Below are positions 13,600-27,704 of a stretch of DNA of 64,000 nucleotides, in pieces. This DNA is from the human T2T-CHM13v2.0 reference genome, Homo sapiens: the NCBI RefSeq assembly GCF_009914755.1, contig NC_060929.1; one strand, written 5' to 3'. A program made the position numbers and the translations under genes. The notes under the pieces were generated by a model that worked only from the letters and a program-made list of their open reading frames with translations, did no database searches and was not told where the DNA came from. Each line of letters opens with the position of its first letter. The first letter of the stretch is position 1.

Positions 13600-15370
13600 A
13601 ATTCATTAGCACAACTCAATTGTGTGTGTCCTAGAAGACTAGACAGAGATAAAAGAAAATTAATGAACCAGAAAAAAGACACTGAAGTAAGGAGAGATAA
13701 AACGATAAAATATAAATATTTTAACAAACAGAGATGCAGTGGGAGCAAAACATGTAATTGATGTATAACTGAAGTTTAACTAGAAATAAAGAAAACAGGA
13801 AAAAAAGAAAATTTTGAAGAAATAATGACAAAAATGTCCAAAATTGATGAAAGACTACAAGTCACGTATTCAAGTTAAATAGAAAGAAAATTATACTCAG
13901 GTCCATCACTTTAAAATAGGAAAGACAAACTTACAGAGAATATCTTTTAAAAACTATAAAAATAGGTAAAGTTTACTGCTTTATGTAGTAGAAAGGCTAA
14001 GAGTAGGAATCACAAGAATAGTAACAGAAGTAAGAATATAAAAAAAATTATATTTACTAAGAGAAAAGATATGCTGATCAGAATAAAAGACAATCAATAC
14101 TAAGCTGATCTGCATTGAAGAATTCCTAGAGTGTTCAGCAGATGAACATAAACACAGAGCAAACAATAGGCTTGCAAAAAGAAACAGAGAGGATTGGAAA
14201 AGGCAAATACGAATGAATATAAATACAAATAATAATTGGCTCTATACAATGGCAGGAGTATAAATAAACTTGAAATGGCCTAGGACCCTTGCATTGTCTA
14301 GGAAACAAATGACTAACTTAAATATAAACCAGGGATTCAGGTTTTAATATCTATGGTAGCTGCTAAAACACTATACAAAGACCATATAGCTGCTAAGTTA
14401 ATGTAGTTAAAAAAGAATAATAAACTTTGTTAATTAATACAAAATAAAAAAAGAAAATGTAAAAGACACAGGACAAATAGAAAACAAATACGTTTAAAGA
14501 ATTAAATACAGATTATACAATGAGTTACATAAAATCTAAATAGATTACATATTCTAGTTAAAGACTGATGTCAAGTAAAAATAACTAATATGTGGCTTAA
14601 AAGAGACATACCTTACAAATATCATAAAAATATGCCCAAAATAAGACAGTATATAACATATTTATCACCTATACATATATATCATTCAAATACTAAAAAT
14701 GAGAAACTTGTGTACCTATACAATAATCAACCACATTAGTCAAGAAGTATTTCTAGAGAGAAAGAAAAGCATTTAATACAATGACAACATCTTAAGATAT
14801 AGGAACTCTAATGTTTTGTGCACATAAAATTTTGCATATTCAAATTTAAAAAATGGCAGAAGCCAAAAGATATGTAAACACATTTACAATTATAGTTGAA
14901 TATTTTACAATGCCTCTCTCATAACTGATAAAACAGTTTAAAATGGTAACTATTCAAAAGATTTACAAATGATTAATAAATTATAAAATAATTATACAAA
15001 TGATGAAAAGATAGTAAAACTATAGAGAGATGCATATATAGGTGTAAATAAAAGAGATACATGGTATGTATCATCAAATGTCAAAGGACTAAATGTATAG
15101 TGTATGTAGACTACTTTAGAATTATCTAGAAATAACAAAAAGTTTTAAAAATTTCTGAATATTTCCAAATTATACTGTACATTTCTAAACACGTGTGTGA
15201 GATGATGTACCATAGCATGTAATCAGTATATGAATTTAAGAAACAGCATGGAAATACGACACTGGAAAATAGGCAGAATATAGCTATAGTTGTACTTTAA
15301 GGAAAACTGTTCAAGGACTTTATATGAAATAATGAAAAGTTAGAAAAATCAGTGATTTAAACATTCATCT
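13600..15370 (+). mobile_element. highly diverged L1M ORF1/ORF2 fragments
   Basis: A-rich L1-like motifs (ttttgaagaaataatgacaaaaatgtcca; acaattatagttgaatattttacaatgcctctctc). Confidence 0.5.
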
Positions 15371-15419
15371 GGAGTGATATGTATGTATATGCGTGTATAT
15401 ATTTTATTTAATTTGGTTC

Positions 15420-15935
<516 letters not shown>

Positions 15936-16064
15936 CAAACATTTAAACGAAAAACTTGAAAAATCTCTTCCTCTTATCAAATTCTACCAAATAATTAAGA
16001 AGAAGAGAATATTCTGTCCAAAAATCTTTCCCAGGGTATAGACTAAAAATGGCGTAATTCCCAC

Positions 16065-16524
16065 ATCATTTTTTTTTTTGACATTTCGAGAAGTCTTTTA
16101 TTTTCACTAAATTAGAAGCTAAAGGTAACTAAAGTTAGATACCATTCTGCTTTATCAGGCAATAATTTACAACAATTTTATTCAAGCCAGTCATAAAATT
16201 CATTTCATAAAGTATGCATTCATATAAGGTTCTAGGAATTGATATACTACAGCTTTTTGAAATAAATATCACTTATTCAGTCAGATTCACATCTTAGAGT
16301 ATTCACATTCAAAATGCCAACAAAGCTGACAAGTCTAAATTGTTTTTGACAGTAATTCTGTATCGTTTTCTATGTTTACAAGGAGTTTGGCATGCAATAA
16401 TCTGTAATATAATCTCCATTTTTGGAAAAAAATATTTTTATATCTGCTTATCCATGTTTTCCTTTTTTTCTTTTCTTTTTTCTTTTATTATTATTATACT
16501 TTAAGTATTATAATAATCATTTTT
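16065..16524 (-). mobile_element. L1PA extreme 3' end with ~390 bp 3'-transduced sequence (TPRT insertion)
   Basis: TSD ATCATTTTT (16065-16073 and 16516-16524); T11 tail; TTTATT at 16097; second T-rich tail 16463-16486; L1 terminus ttattattatactttaagt. Confidence 0.75.
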
Positions 16525-16764
16525 AAAGCTAGAGTTTATGTCTAAAACATAAATGCCAAGTATTCAACAATGCATTAGTCAAATGAATTTTGCAATATAA
16601 GGAAGATATGTATTTCAATGTAAGATGGGTTTAAGTGCAGAAATTAAAAATTTTATTTAACTTTGAAATTCATTACATTCTACCACATTAAGAGAAAAAT
16701 GTAGAAAATAGTTTGATCATTTCAGTATATGCAGAAAAAGACAGTGCATATAATTCAAAATCAA

Positions 16765-19045
16765 GAGTTAACAGTGTAACATGTATTTGAGACTACTAAA
16801 GAAACAGCTCTACATTCAAGGCATGCAAGAAAAGTAGAATATACTTTTGGTAAAAGATTGTAAGAAGCATGGTAATGTGGATTTCTTGCCTAAGTTTAGA
16901 GGGTTAAAGGATTTTATGTCAGATCTTGTAAGATAAATTCTATGTGTGAACATACAGTTAAAGGAGTTTTATTCAATTTTTCCATAAATTGATCACTGCA
17001 ATAAAAAAAACAAGTTTTTCTTAGAACACTAATCTTCTCTTTAACAAAAATTTAAAGGATTATAAATGGTTAATAAAAATCTTACCTTATGATCAGACAT
17101 AAAAATTGGATATATTTGCCTATAAGGTTTTAATAAACACAGGGTTTAACATTGATAGTACACTAATGTAAAAATGACATTTGGTTTATTTGGTATAAAA
17201 ATCACACGGGAAGCGTTGTCAGATATGAAATGGTGTTTGGCTTTCTTTGAGTTGTATTTGTATAAATATGTCATTGGTATGTGTTCCAAAATTATGAGAA
17301 ACACCTATACTTCTAATATGACTTACTGTATGTTATTAATAATTATGATTGTTATGTAAAATTTTTGTGTGCCACAAAAGTAACCAAAATTTCCTAGTCA
17401 ACTGTGGCTTTAACAGTGACTGCCCTAAGGCATTTTGTCATCCACCAACAATTGTTGTCTTGTTTTGATCCACTTTAAAAGGTGGTTTATAATCAGCCAT
17501 AGGACTCTAACAGGTGTTCTTGAATGCAGGCTTCTGATAACTTTGGATATTGTGACATTAGAATAGAGGAAAATCCTTCAGGACTCTCATGGAGAGCTGA
17601 AAAGTTCATGAATATCAAGCAGAACAGGAGTTAACTGCATGGACTGAACTAATAAAAGACTGAAGTAATTTTTTTGACATTTTGCTTAAAACATTGCTGA
17701 TCCTTTGTTTTGATTTTCAGAGTCAAGAAAGCTTATTCTTTTGAGCTATTGATAACTTTTAACAATTAAGTATCCTCCTGTGAACAAAAGTTGGAACATA
17801 TTTGTTTCTCTCTTCCTAATTTATCCAGAATTTGGAAACTCTTTATGAGTATTCTTAACTTATGGCCATATTGTTATTTGCATAAGTGCAATAGGATTTT
17901 TTTTTTTTTTTTTTGGAACATGACACAACTGGAGAAACTTGTTATTTTTATCAAGGCTTTACTGAAATGATGTGCTTTTCTTTAAGGAATTAAATTTGAC
18001 TTACAGAGCCAATAAAATTCCCTTAAGAAAACTGGCCTCATACTTGTCTACAAAGGCCTTGTGCAGGGTTCTTGACCTCGGTAAGTAAAGAATGTCACTT
18101 TCTGAAAGGCTCAGGAGCTCCAAGTTGTCGTGGGACCTCAAGAGTAGAGGAATTTACCTAACTCATAGGTATTTGAGGGTACAAAGCCACGGCTGGGATC
18201 ATCTTTAAAAAAGTCTTATCTGAGAATCTTTCTATGCAACAAATTTCCATCAAAGTCAACTTAAAAAGTTTATGTGAAAAATAATTATTCTTGCTGCATA
18301 TTATACAAATAATCAGGCCAAGTATAATAAAGCAAGTTGAACTTACCATGATTTGTCTTTGGTAAAAATGAAAGACTAGAGAGAGAAAAATTATGTTTCA
18401 AGAATTATGGTACACTTGTTATTAAATTCTAGTTTCATCAGTTGTTTTTGAGGTTTCCTTTTCAAGCAGTTTAGAGTAACCCTGCTTATTCCTGTGAACC
18501 AATCAGTGATCTCTGGCTGCTGCTCAGAAGAAACTAAAGGGAAAGTAATGTAAAAATCTGTATCAGTATTCTAATTCTGGACATATTGGAATCAGCTAGC
18601 AATCCCCTATCAGCTTGGTTGCAATATTTGCCTAGTTCATAGAAAGCCTTCTTATTTATTTTACTAGGGATAATTTTACTTATTTTGCTTCAGTGTTGTG
18701 GAATATATTGCTGTTGTACTCTGCATCAGAATGCAGGATAAGCTTACTGAATGTTTCCTTAAATTGTACACTTATTAATCTTCCAATATCCAGTTTTGTC
18801 CAAATGTTTTCTTACATTGTGCACTTATTAATCTTCCAGTTTTGTCAGAACTTGGAGTTATAAATGGCCCTCAGCATATTGATGCTTTCTGACTTAGCTC
18901 CCCTCTATCCTGAACACAAGGGACCTTCATAGTTAGGCAGAAATATCATCACCCCTATTCAGCCTAAAGAAGTCACAGAAGATGGATTTTTGTCCCTCTA
19001 CAATCCTTAGAATGAAGGGTTATCTTACAAAGAAAATAGGGGAAA
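16765..19045 (+). mobile_element. MER41/MER4-group ERV internal sequence, 5'-truncated and non-coding
   Basis: MER4-group internal motifs (gagttaacagtgtaacatg, ggtaagtaaagaatgtcactttctga, acccctattcagcctaaagaagtcacagaagatgga); ends in the PPT aaagaaaataggggaaa. Confidence 0.8.
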
Positions 19046-19547
19046 TTTCAGAGACTTTTGAACCAGAGCAACTCCATCTTGAAAAGGGGCTAAGTAAAAT
19101 AAGGCTGAAACGTACTGGGCTTCATTCTCAGAGGGCTAGGCATTCTAAGTCACAGGATGAGGTAGGAGGTCATCAAAAGATACAGGTCATAAAGACCCTG
19201 CTGGTAAAACAGTTTGTAGTAAAGAAGCTGGCTAAAACCTACAAAAATCAAGATGGTGACAAGAGTGACCACTAGTCATCCTCACTGCCATATTCCCACC
19301 AGCAGCATGAGAGTTTACAAATGCCACGGCAACATCAGGAAGTTTCTCTATATTCTAAAAATGGGAGTAACCCTCAGTTCCGGGAATCGCCCACCCCTTT
19401 TCCAGAAAACTCACGAATAATCTACCCATTTTAGCATATAATCAAGAAATAGCCATAAAAATGGGCAACCAGCAGCCCTTGAAGCTGCTCTGCCTGTGGA
19501 GTAGCCATTCTTTATTCCTATATTTTCTAATAAACTTGCATGCACTT
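19046..19547 (+). mobile_element. MER41 3' LTR (U3-R only, U5 missing)
   Basis: tttgaaccagagcaactccatcttgaa...gcattctaagtcacaggatgag...gagtagccattctttattcc...aataaacttgc. Confidence 0.9.
19378..19408 (+). promoter_or_regulatory. GAS (STAT1-type) motif TTCCGGGAA plus a degenerate second site in MER41
   Basis: TTCCGGGAA at 19378-19386; TTCCAGAAA at 19400-19408; MER41B GAS sites are known IFNG-inducible enhancers. Confidence 0.6.
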
Positions 19548-22129
19548 AAAAACTCAATTTATGATAATTCATACTAAATTTAGGATAAAAAATTATATTT
19601 GAATATATTACTTTTTCAAAATACTATTGCAAATATTATACAGCCAATATAATACTTAATGGTGAAATATTAAAAACTATTTTTCAAATGTGGAGAATAA
19701 TATAGGGATAAAATTTAATCTCACCTGTATTCAACATTGTACTAAAGAGACTGATGTGAATCCAATCACACAATTAAAATTAATGAAATGTATAAATATC
19801 AGAAAATAATTATAAATAGCTACCACATTTACATGTATTAATTGTCCAAATTGATCTATAGATTGAAATCAATTTCAGTCAAAATTCTATCAGGTTTTTT
19901 GGAGAAATTTAAAAACCGTATGTAAAGTTTAAATGGAAACCCAGAATACCCATATTCATCACAATCGAGTGGAATAACAACAAAGTTATAAGTCTTACAT
20001 ATTTCAAGACAAAGCTTGCAACATTAATTTGGCACTGGTTCAAGTAGAAGATAATCAGTAGAAGAGATTAAGGGGTCCATCAACAGAATTGATAACACTT
20101 CTTCCTAGAAAAATAATAAAATTGTCTTTTTAGTAAATGCTGCTAGGTAAACTGGATGTTTACTTAGAAAAAATAAAATATATTTTATATCTCACATTCA
20201 TGTATATAGATCAATTCTACTCAAATTGTCCCAGGCAAAGAAAGAGGAAAAATATTCTAGATTATAATATAGAAGAGTATTTTGCTATCTTGTGCATAGT
20301 GAATATTTTGAAAACAGAATGGATAGTAAAAAAAGAGTATTTCATCTTGTTATAATAAAGTTAGTTTTGCTCAATAAAATACAGCATTATGAGAGTTAAT
20401 TTGTAAGCTCAGTACGGGAGAAGGCATTTGAAACATGTATAACCAGCAAAGCCTTAATATATAGTGTTTTTTAATCCTAAAAATCAATATAAAGAGTAAT
20501 TTTTTTAATTAGAAGAACACAAAATTTGCAGGGACGCAGGTAAACAACCCACTTAAATACATCAGAAATATTAAACAAGGAAAAAACAAAGCAAGTAAAC
20601 AAAGAAAACTGTCTTTTATTAAAGATGCCAATATTTTTCTTCAGTGAGAATTATTTCGGATTTTCCTTTTGAGACTCACCTGAATTTGATGTAAAAAATA
20701 AGTATTCGTCATTACCCCAAAACATGTTGTTATAAAAATGATTTTTAAAAAACGCTACATTTGTATTATCATTTTCCATGTAGTATGCTAAAGTATAAAG
20801 GTAAATTATCCTTAATATGTCTGTAGGAAAGATGCTCAAGGTTTTATTCACTTTTTTCTTCTCTATTTTTTTTTACTTGAACATATTTCAAAATCCTCAA
20901 TGTTATGTACAAAGGACTGAAGCTATCCCACCCTCAAGAGCGTTCTCACTGGCCTACACACCTTTCTTAATATGCACCTGCCAAAAGGCACTACAACTTT
21001 TTTATCAAAATGGCCAGGTCCTTCTTTTCTCAAGATAATCCGCCTGATAATTTCCTTGCATAAAATCACTTTTATAACCTTGTATCTTGAGTTTTGAATC
21101 ATACTGTTTCAGGACTTGAATTGTATACACTCATGACTCCAGAGTTTGCTTCATGATAGTTATCACCATTATTATGGTGTAGGTATCTGTACAGTTATTT
21201 GTTAAATGTTTCTGTTTTGGTACAAATCCTGAGTCCTTTTGCAACTATTTCAATTACATAAAAATGCAAATATTTATCCTTAGGATATTTTGGAAACTTT
21301 GGGCAAATTTCAGCTGGCCCCCAAAGCAAAAGAGCAAAATGATGCTGCAATTTCCTAGCTTATTCCTTTTCTCCCATTAGTAGCCCTGGCAGAAACCTCT
21401 AGCCCCTGATCAAAGCCAATGATTGGTTTAGAAGACTGGATTTTACTGCCTAATCCTCCTTTTCCAGGGCAGAATGAACACACATCGTACCTGCACACAT
21501 TCTTAGGTTTTCTGATTTGAAATATTAATAATTTGAAGCTAAAATAAAATTCTCCTTTACAAAATACATTTTTATCCTCGGGAAAAATAGTATTTTTGAG
21601 TGCTAGTTACCTTGCTTTCCTTTAGAGCCAGGAGAATATAAAAAGTTTTAAAGACTGCATACATTAACTTATTTCCGGTATATATAAAAATTCAGCAGTT
21701 TTATATTAAACGGTTGCACATTATTTTACCACAAAATAAGACCCTCTGTTAAAAACTCCATCAGACTACCCAAAAATGTGTCCTCTCAGCATTAAAACTG
21801 GTTTAACACATCAAGTTTATTATAAAAATACACTTTTTCTTTGATGATATTTGAGGCAAGCATTGGGCAAACTGTAAACTGCAAATATACATATATACAC
21901 ATATACATAGAGTATATATAAGAATCAATGATCTGGTTGATCATAAGACACTACTTATTTGAGGCACAGTGAAACAAGATTATAAATTATCAAACTAATT
22001 ATACTATTGATAATTAAAATAAATAGAATTATGGAAATAATGTAGAGTACTTATATAAATAATATAGAATTAAAAGCATATTGTATCATTCTTACATTAT
22101 TGTGTATACATAAAAATGGTATTTGAATA

Positions 22130-23600
22130 TGTGACATTTATATACAAAATTTTAATAACTTACAGTGTCTTGCTCTTGTCACTGCAATACATGTTTAGAA
22201 CATTTCTAATACTTTGAAAAAATTTCCCATGCCAACACCATGCCTCACCTACTAACCTACTTGTGTCTCTATGTATTTCTCTTATTAAACATTTCTTATA
22301 ATCAAATCATTTACAATGTGATCTTTTTCATCTGGCCTCTTTCAGTTTGCATAACAGTTTTGAGGTTCATCCATTTTTGTTTATCCACTCTCAGTTAATG
22401 AACTATTTTGACTAATGTTGCCGTGAAACAGTAACTCCTAAGAATACTGTTGAATAATGTTGTTGTGAACAATAACTCACAAGATTTCAGGTGATGTATG
22501 TTTTAATTTCTATTGAATAGATATTCAGGGGTGGAATTGGTGATTCATGTGATACATTTTGTTTAAGTGTTTAATCAATTATCAACCTGTTTTCCAGATT
22601 TGCTTGACAAATTTGCATCTCTATCAGCAAGTGTAAGGTTTTTCATTCTTCCCAACATTGAATATTGCCTGTCTCTAATTATTGCCATTTTAATGGATGT
22701 GAAGTGGTATTTAACTGTAATTTAAATTTAAATTTCTATAACGATTTAAAATATTGAGAATTATTTTATATTTAGCATCATTTTATGTGCTTTTGGGCCT
22801 ATTTGTGAATATTCATTGGAAAAATCAAAATGGTTTACCCATTTTAGTTGGTTTGTCTTTTCACTATTGAGATGTAAGAGTTCTTTATATACTCTAGAAA
22901 AAAAATCCCTTATGAGATATATGGACTTACAAATATTTTACCTCATATTTATAAGTCCTTCTTCATGTATTTTGAGGACACTTTGTTTGGTGCTTAACAT
23001 ATTGTTTTACAGGTTTTTTTAAATGTTGCTTATATATTGTTTTACAGATTTTGTATAGATTGTTATCTGGTAGATTTATTATTTTTATCATTGTTATGTC
23101 TTTCTTTTTCTCAAGAATTTTTCTTTGTCTAAAATGTACATTATCAGATATTATTGTAGTAATTCATTTTATTTCTTAAAGTTTGCATGATATATCTTTC
23201 TTTATCTTTTTACTTTCAGCTTTTTTGTCTTTGAATTTGAGGTGAATTTTATATAAATAGGATATGGTTAGGTCATTTTAGAAGGTCACTTTATCAGTCT
23301 TGTTTTTTAATTGATTATATACATAATTTTATTGAAGCAACTATTAATACGTTAGCACTGAAGTTTGCAATTGTATTACTTGTTTTTGCTGTTTCTTATT
23401 ATTCTATTTCTTTTTTATTTGCCATCCTATGGATTACTGAAATTTTGGGAGGATTTCCTCTTGTTTTTTTTAATAGTGTTTTTACTTGTAACTCTGACAT
23501 GGTTTTTATATTGTTTGCCTTTTATATTATAATACATATATGAAATTATAAAAGACTACTCATATCAATAATTTTACCACTTTGAGTGAATTGTGGAAGC
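22130..23600 (-). mobile_element. old L1M fragments (minus strand)
   Basis: ttttgaggttcatccat, ggatgtgaagtggtat, gagttctttatatactctaga, gtttgcatgatatatcttt. Confidence 0.65.
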
Positions 23601-24109
23601 CTCATTTCTCTTTAGGTAGAATATGGAGTTTAGAACAATGCTATTATATTTGTATAGTAGGAGTGAATCCTGCTTATAGATAAAATAAAATGAAGGTGGG
23701 TCAATAGCCAAAATTGTGTCATACAGATATGTGGGTAAGAAAAATAAAGGTTTTATTATTATTATTATTACTAGACAGCCATTACACAGTCAAAAGTGTA
23801 GCATGCTTAGGTTGTGTTTCAGAGAGTTTATTCTGACAGTATGTCCATACACGGATTAGAATTTGTCTGTAATGAACTCATAGAATGTAGTTAAATTACC
23901 ATTTTAGTTGTGATAGTACAAAGTAAAGTAAAAAAAAAAAAATAATGCAAGGATGTCCAAAAAAAGGTATAAAATTAAAGTTATCAGAGTCTTTAGAAAG
24001 TTACACAAATCTCAGTTAATAACTGCTTGAATGTCTGAAGATAAAGAGTGATATATATTTATGTTTGGGAGAAGAAGTAGAGATGAAGAGTACTTTATTT
24101 ATGAAGTAA

Positions 24110-24620
24110 TTATGGCTGAAATTACACAGTATTTGGAAATTGCTTTTGGTATTTTAGGAAAAAATATGTTCATGGGAGACTGTTTAAACACAACTGCAAG
24201 CTATTCATATGCAGTCAAGATTAGAGACACTTATGTAATGATATATACGTACAATGTTGCTTCTTGAAAATAGGAAAACACCTAAATATCCACCAAAAAT
24301 ATTTGAATAAATAAATTATAGATAATCCATAATTTATGCAATTATGTAGTGTTTCAAATATGCATTAGAAAGAAATTAATAGTGGACAGATTGATGAAGA
24401 ACTCATGTAATTAGAGATATTATAGTTGTGCCAAAGTTTTAGAAAAAAATATTCATAGAAAAACATACATATGAGTCCACTGATGAGAAGAATTGAGAAG
24501 AAAAATTAACACTTATATTAGTTACAATGAAGGTGAATATTAGGGTGTATTAAGAGAGGATCTGTTGGAAAGACATTCAAAATTACACCAAATTATTTAA
24601 GTGCTGGAATTTTGGTAATT
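24110..24620 (+). mobile_element. diverged L1ME-type 3' end
   Basis: ggaaaacacctaaatatccaccaa...ttgaataaataaattatag. Confidence 0.45.
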
Positions 24621-25377
24621 TTATGTAGTTTTTATGTGTTTTAATATTTTCACATAAAATATTGCTAAAATATAAAAGAGCATATTATTATACAGTAACC
24701 TTCACTTTATGTGTTTGCATATTATTATGTAAGAAAATATTAGCAAGACAGTATAAATTTAATATTTTCCAGGATATAAATAATTGACTTGTTTGTTTAA
24801 TTCTAATATTACGGTTCTTGATGCTAGCAATACAGTGATTATATGTATTTGTCTCTGTCCATGAAAAAGGGATTGGGAAACATAAAATTTAAATGATAGA
24901 TAGAAAAACAAATCCACAAATATTCTATTGTTTTGAACGCTGAATCTTGATTAGAAACATAAGTTATTTTATTAGAATGCTAGTCACTTGCAGAAGAAAA
25001 GAAACAAAGCCTTTTTTGTGTAATTATGTTATAAATATAAACTCCATTGAGACAATCTAAGTAGGTATCAGCAGAGAATACTAATGTAAAATAGGCACAA
25101 TGGAATAAGAGAGGATCCTGGAATAATAAAAATGAAAAGGGGCTTGAATAATATATATGAAGAAGGGGCTGGTTTTCATTCATCTATGTGATTGCATTGC
25201 TTGAATTTCTTCAAGTGAAGCCATTTGCTTTTTCCACTATAAGTCCTGGAAGATGCGGTTACAAACAATAAGAAAACACCCTACAGTGAGATCTGAGTAT
25301 AATTTCTTCGGACCATATAACAGTTAATGTTAATTTCCTTATGCTTCTTCCGGCATTTAATCCAAATAGGACCTTCT

Positions 25378-25693
25378 GGCCGGGTGTGGTGGTTCACGCC
25401 TGTAATGCCAGCACTTTGGGAGGCGGAGGTGGGTGGATAGCTTAAGGTCAGGAGTTCAAGACCAGCCTGGCCAACATGGCGAAATCCTGTCTCTACCAAA
25501 ACATACAAAAATTAGCCAGATGTGGTTGCGCATGCCTATAATCCCAGCTACACAGGAGGCTGAGGTGGGAGAATTCCTTGAACCCGGGATGCGGAGTTGT
25601 GGTGGGCAGAGATCGCACCATTGCACTCCAGCCTGGGCAACAAAGCTAGGCTCCATCTAAAAAAATAAAGAAAATAAAAAAAATTTAAAAAAA
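25378..25693 (+). mobile_element. AluS (Sx/Sq-like)
   Basis: full dimer, A-rich tail, TSD gaccttct. Confidence 0.92.
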
Positions 25694-27199
25694 GACCTTC
25701 TATTTTCTTAAACCATGTCAACTTTTAATTCAACATATTGTAACTTGTTGACTTAATAATGTTTGCTTAATAACCTGAGTCTTTTAAAGAATTATATTCT
25801 TAAAATATCTATAATCCAATTTTGGCACAGAATGTGTAGCAAATTTATTAATACTTAAAAGCCTTGTTTAAAGGTTTACTTGCCAAGCCTGTGGTGAAAA
25901 GCCATGTTTTCTCTCCACTGGCCTTTAAACTCCGGCCAAAACCAGCCCCTAAGTGTAAGTCTTTCTTCCTTCCTAAAAATCCTGAGCCAGACTTCTAATA
26001 TCATCATTTCTGTTTCTTTAGGATAGTGTCAAATTGGAAATATGGCTCCCAAGAACCTAATATTAGCTTTGCTATTCCCACAGTTGATTGTCTGGTTATG
26101 TAAGGAAAGAAAGAAATTTCCCAATTATTCTATTTCAGAATAAGCTTTAATTCTCACTCTATAACCAATGTAGCCACAAAAGTTCTCAGGACAAGCCACT
26201 GTGGTTTAGTCAATAAGGTTGATCTCAATCCCTCAGTGCCGTACAGAGATAGGATGCCTTGTACTAAAATTTACTTGGAAGAGTTAGGTTGCAGTTTGTT
26301 ATTTTGAAAATACAGAACAAAAACCTGAGAAAGTTTCTCCATCATACCAATAAGAAAGTATGGGCAGCTTACCATCATACTGCACCTAAACTTTATGTTG
26401 GTTCATCTGGCATCTGGGTGGTAATTTTGAGCCTGGGTTACAGGATAACAACCCTCTTTTCCTTTAAAGAAGTTCATTTTAGGAGGTGTGCTTGAGGATG
26501 ACCCTTGGTCTTCACTCTTGCCAAATGTTTCAACTGGACCATCTTAAATTGTTGGACAACATTTAGTAAATTTAAAATCCAACTGATGATTAGATTAGAT
26601 GATTCTCTTCCCTGGAGGATCCTAGACCTTTATGAAAATGACCCTTTCCTTTTACAACCATCTTTGAGCTCTAAGAGGATAAGGTGTTTCAAAAATAACA
26701 CATTTCTCCAAAACAGAAAGAATGTCTTGCAGAAAAAAAAAAAGTAAAACAAAGAATGATACTCAAGAAGTACGTCAAGACAAAAAAAAAAAAAAAATCC
26801 CCTGTTGAATGGATACCAGTTTCTTCTTATACATAGATGACCAAGTAGTTCTTCCAATTAATTCTCACTTAAGTAAAGGAGTATCTGAGCCATTATGAAT
26901 TTCCCTTTCCACCTATACAGAGAAAGTTGCTTTGAACTTTTCCTACTGAACAATCATAAAAATATATGCACACATACATAGATGTGTATATACATACATA
27001 TAATAAATACATGCATATCCCCTACTTTTGAGGCTTCCTTATATAAACACATTCAATAGTATTTATTGCTCTCAGAATAAAGGAATCGAAGAGAAGTGCA
27101 CATATTATATTTTTCATTATGAAAAGAAACTATCACATATCAGATTAAAATTCTGAGGAAGATGATATTTTCGAAAGAACTTACAGAACCCAATATATA

Positions 27200-27704
27200 C
27201 AGTTGATCCTTGAACAAATGCAGCATTTAGAGGCACCAACCCTCTGCACAGTTGAAAATTTGCATATACCATTGACTCCCCCAAAACTTAACTACTAATA
27301 ATCTACTGTTGACCAGAAGCCTTAGGAATAACATAAATGATTGATTAATACATATTTTGTATGTCCTATGTATTATACCCTGTGTGCTTACAATAAAGTA
27401 AGCTAGAGAAAAAAAGGTGTTACTGAGAAAATCGTAAGGAAGATAAAATATACTTACTATTCATTAAATGGAAATGGATCATCATAAAGGTCTTCATCCT
27501 TGCCATTTTCATGTTGCATAAGCTGAGGAGGAGGAAGAGGGGGAGTAGTTTTGTTGTCTCAGAAACAGCAAAAAAAGAAGAGGTGGAGGAGGTGAAAGGG
27601 GAGGCAGGAGAAGCAGGCACACTCAATGTAACTTTTATTTTTTAAGAACATCTGTGTATCAATGGACTCACACATTTAAACCCATGTGGTTCAAGGGATA
27701 ACTG
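27200..27704 (-). mobile_element. Tigger2-family MITE (Tigger2a/2b), full length
   Basis: TIRs cagttgatccttgaac / gttcaagggataactg flanked by TA on both sides. Confidence 0.88.

Larger units (their letters stand above)
15960..20530 (+). mobile_element. old L1M ORF2 remnant hosting two younger insertions
   Basis: colinear L1 ORF2 motifs continue across both insertions (aaattctaccaaa...catcattttt|aaagctag; tgcagaaaaag...aattcaa|...tttatgataa...cagccaatataatacttaatggtgaaa). Confidence 0.7.

Noticed and set aside
16080-16460. Processed pseudogene 3' UTR of a host gene
   Set aside because: Not fully excluded, but the L1 terminus and first A-tail inside the same TSD pair favour an L1 3' transduction.
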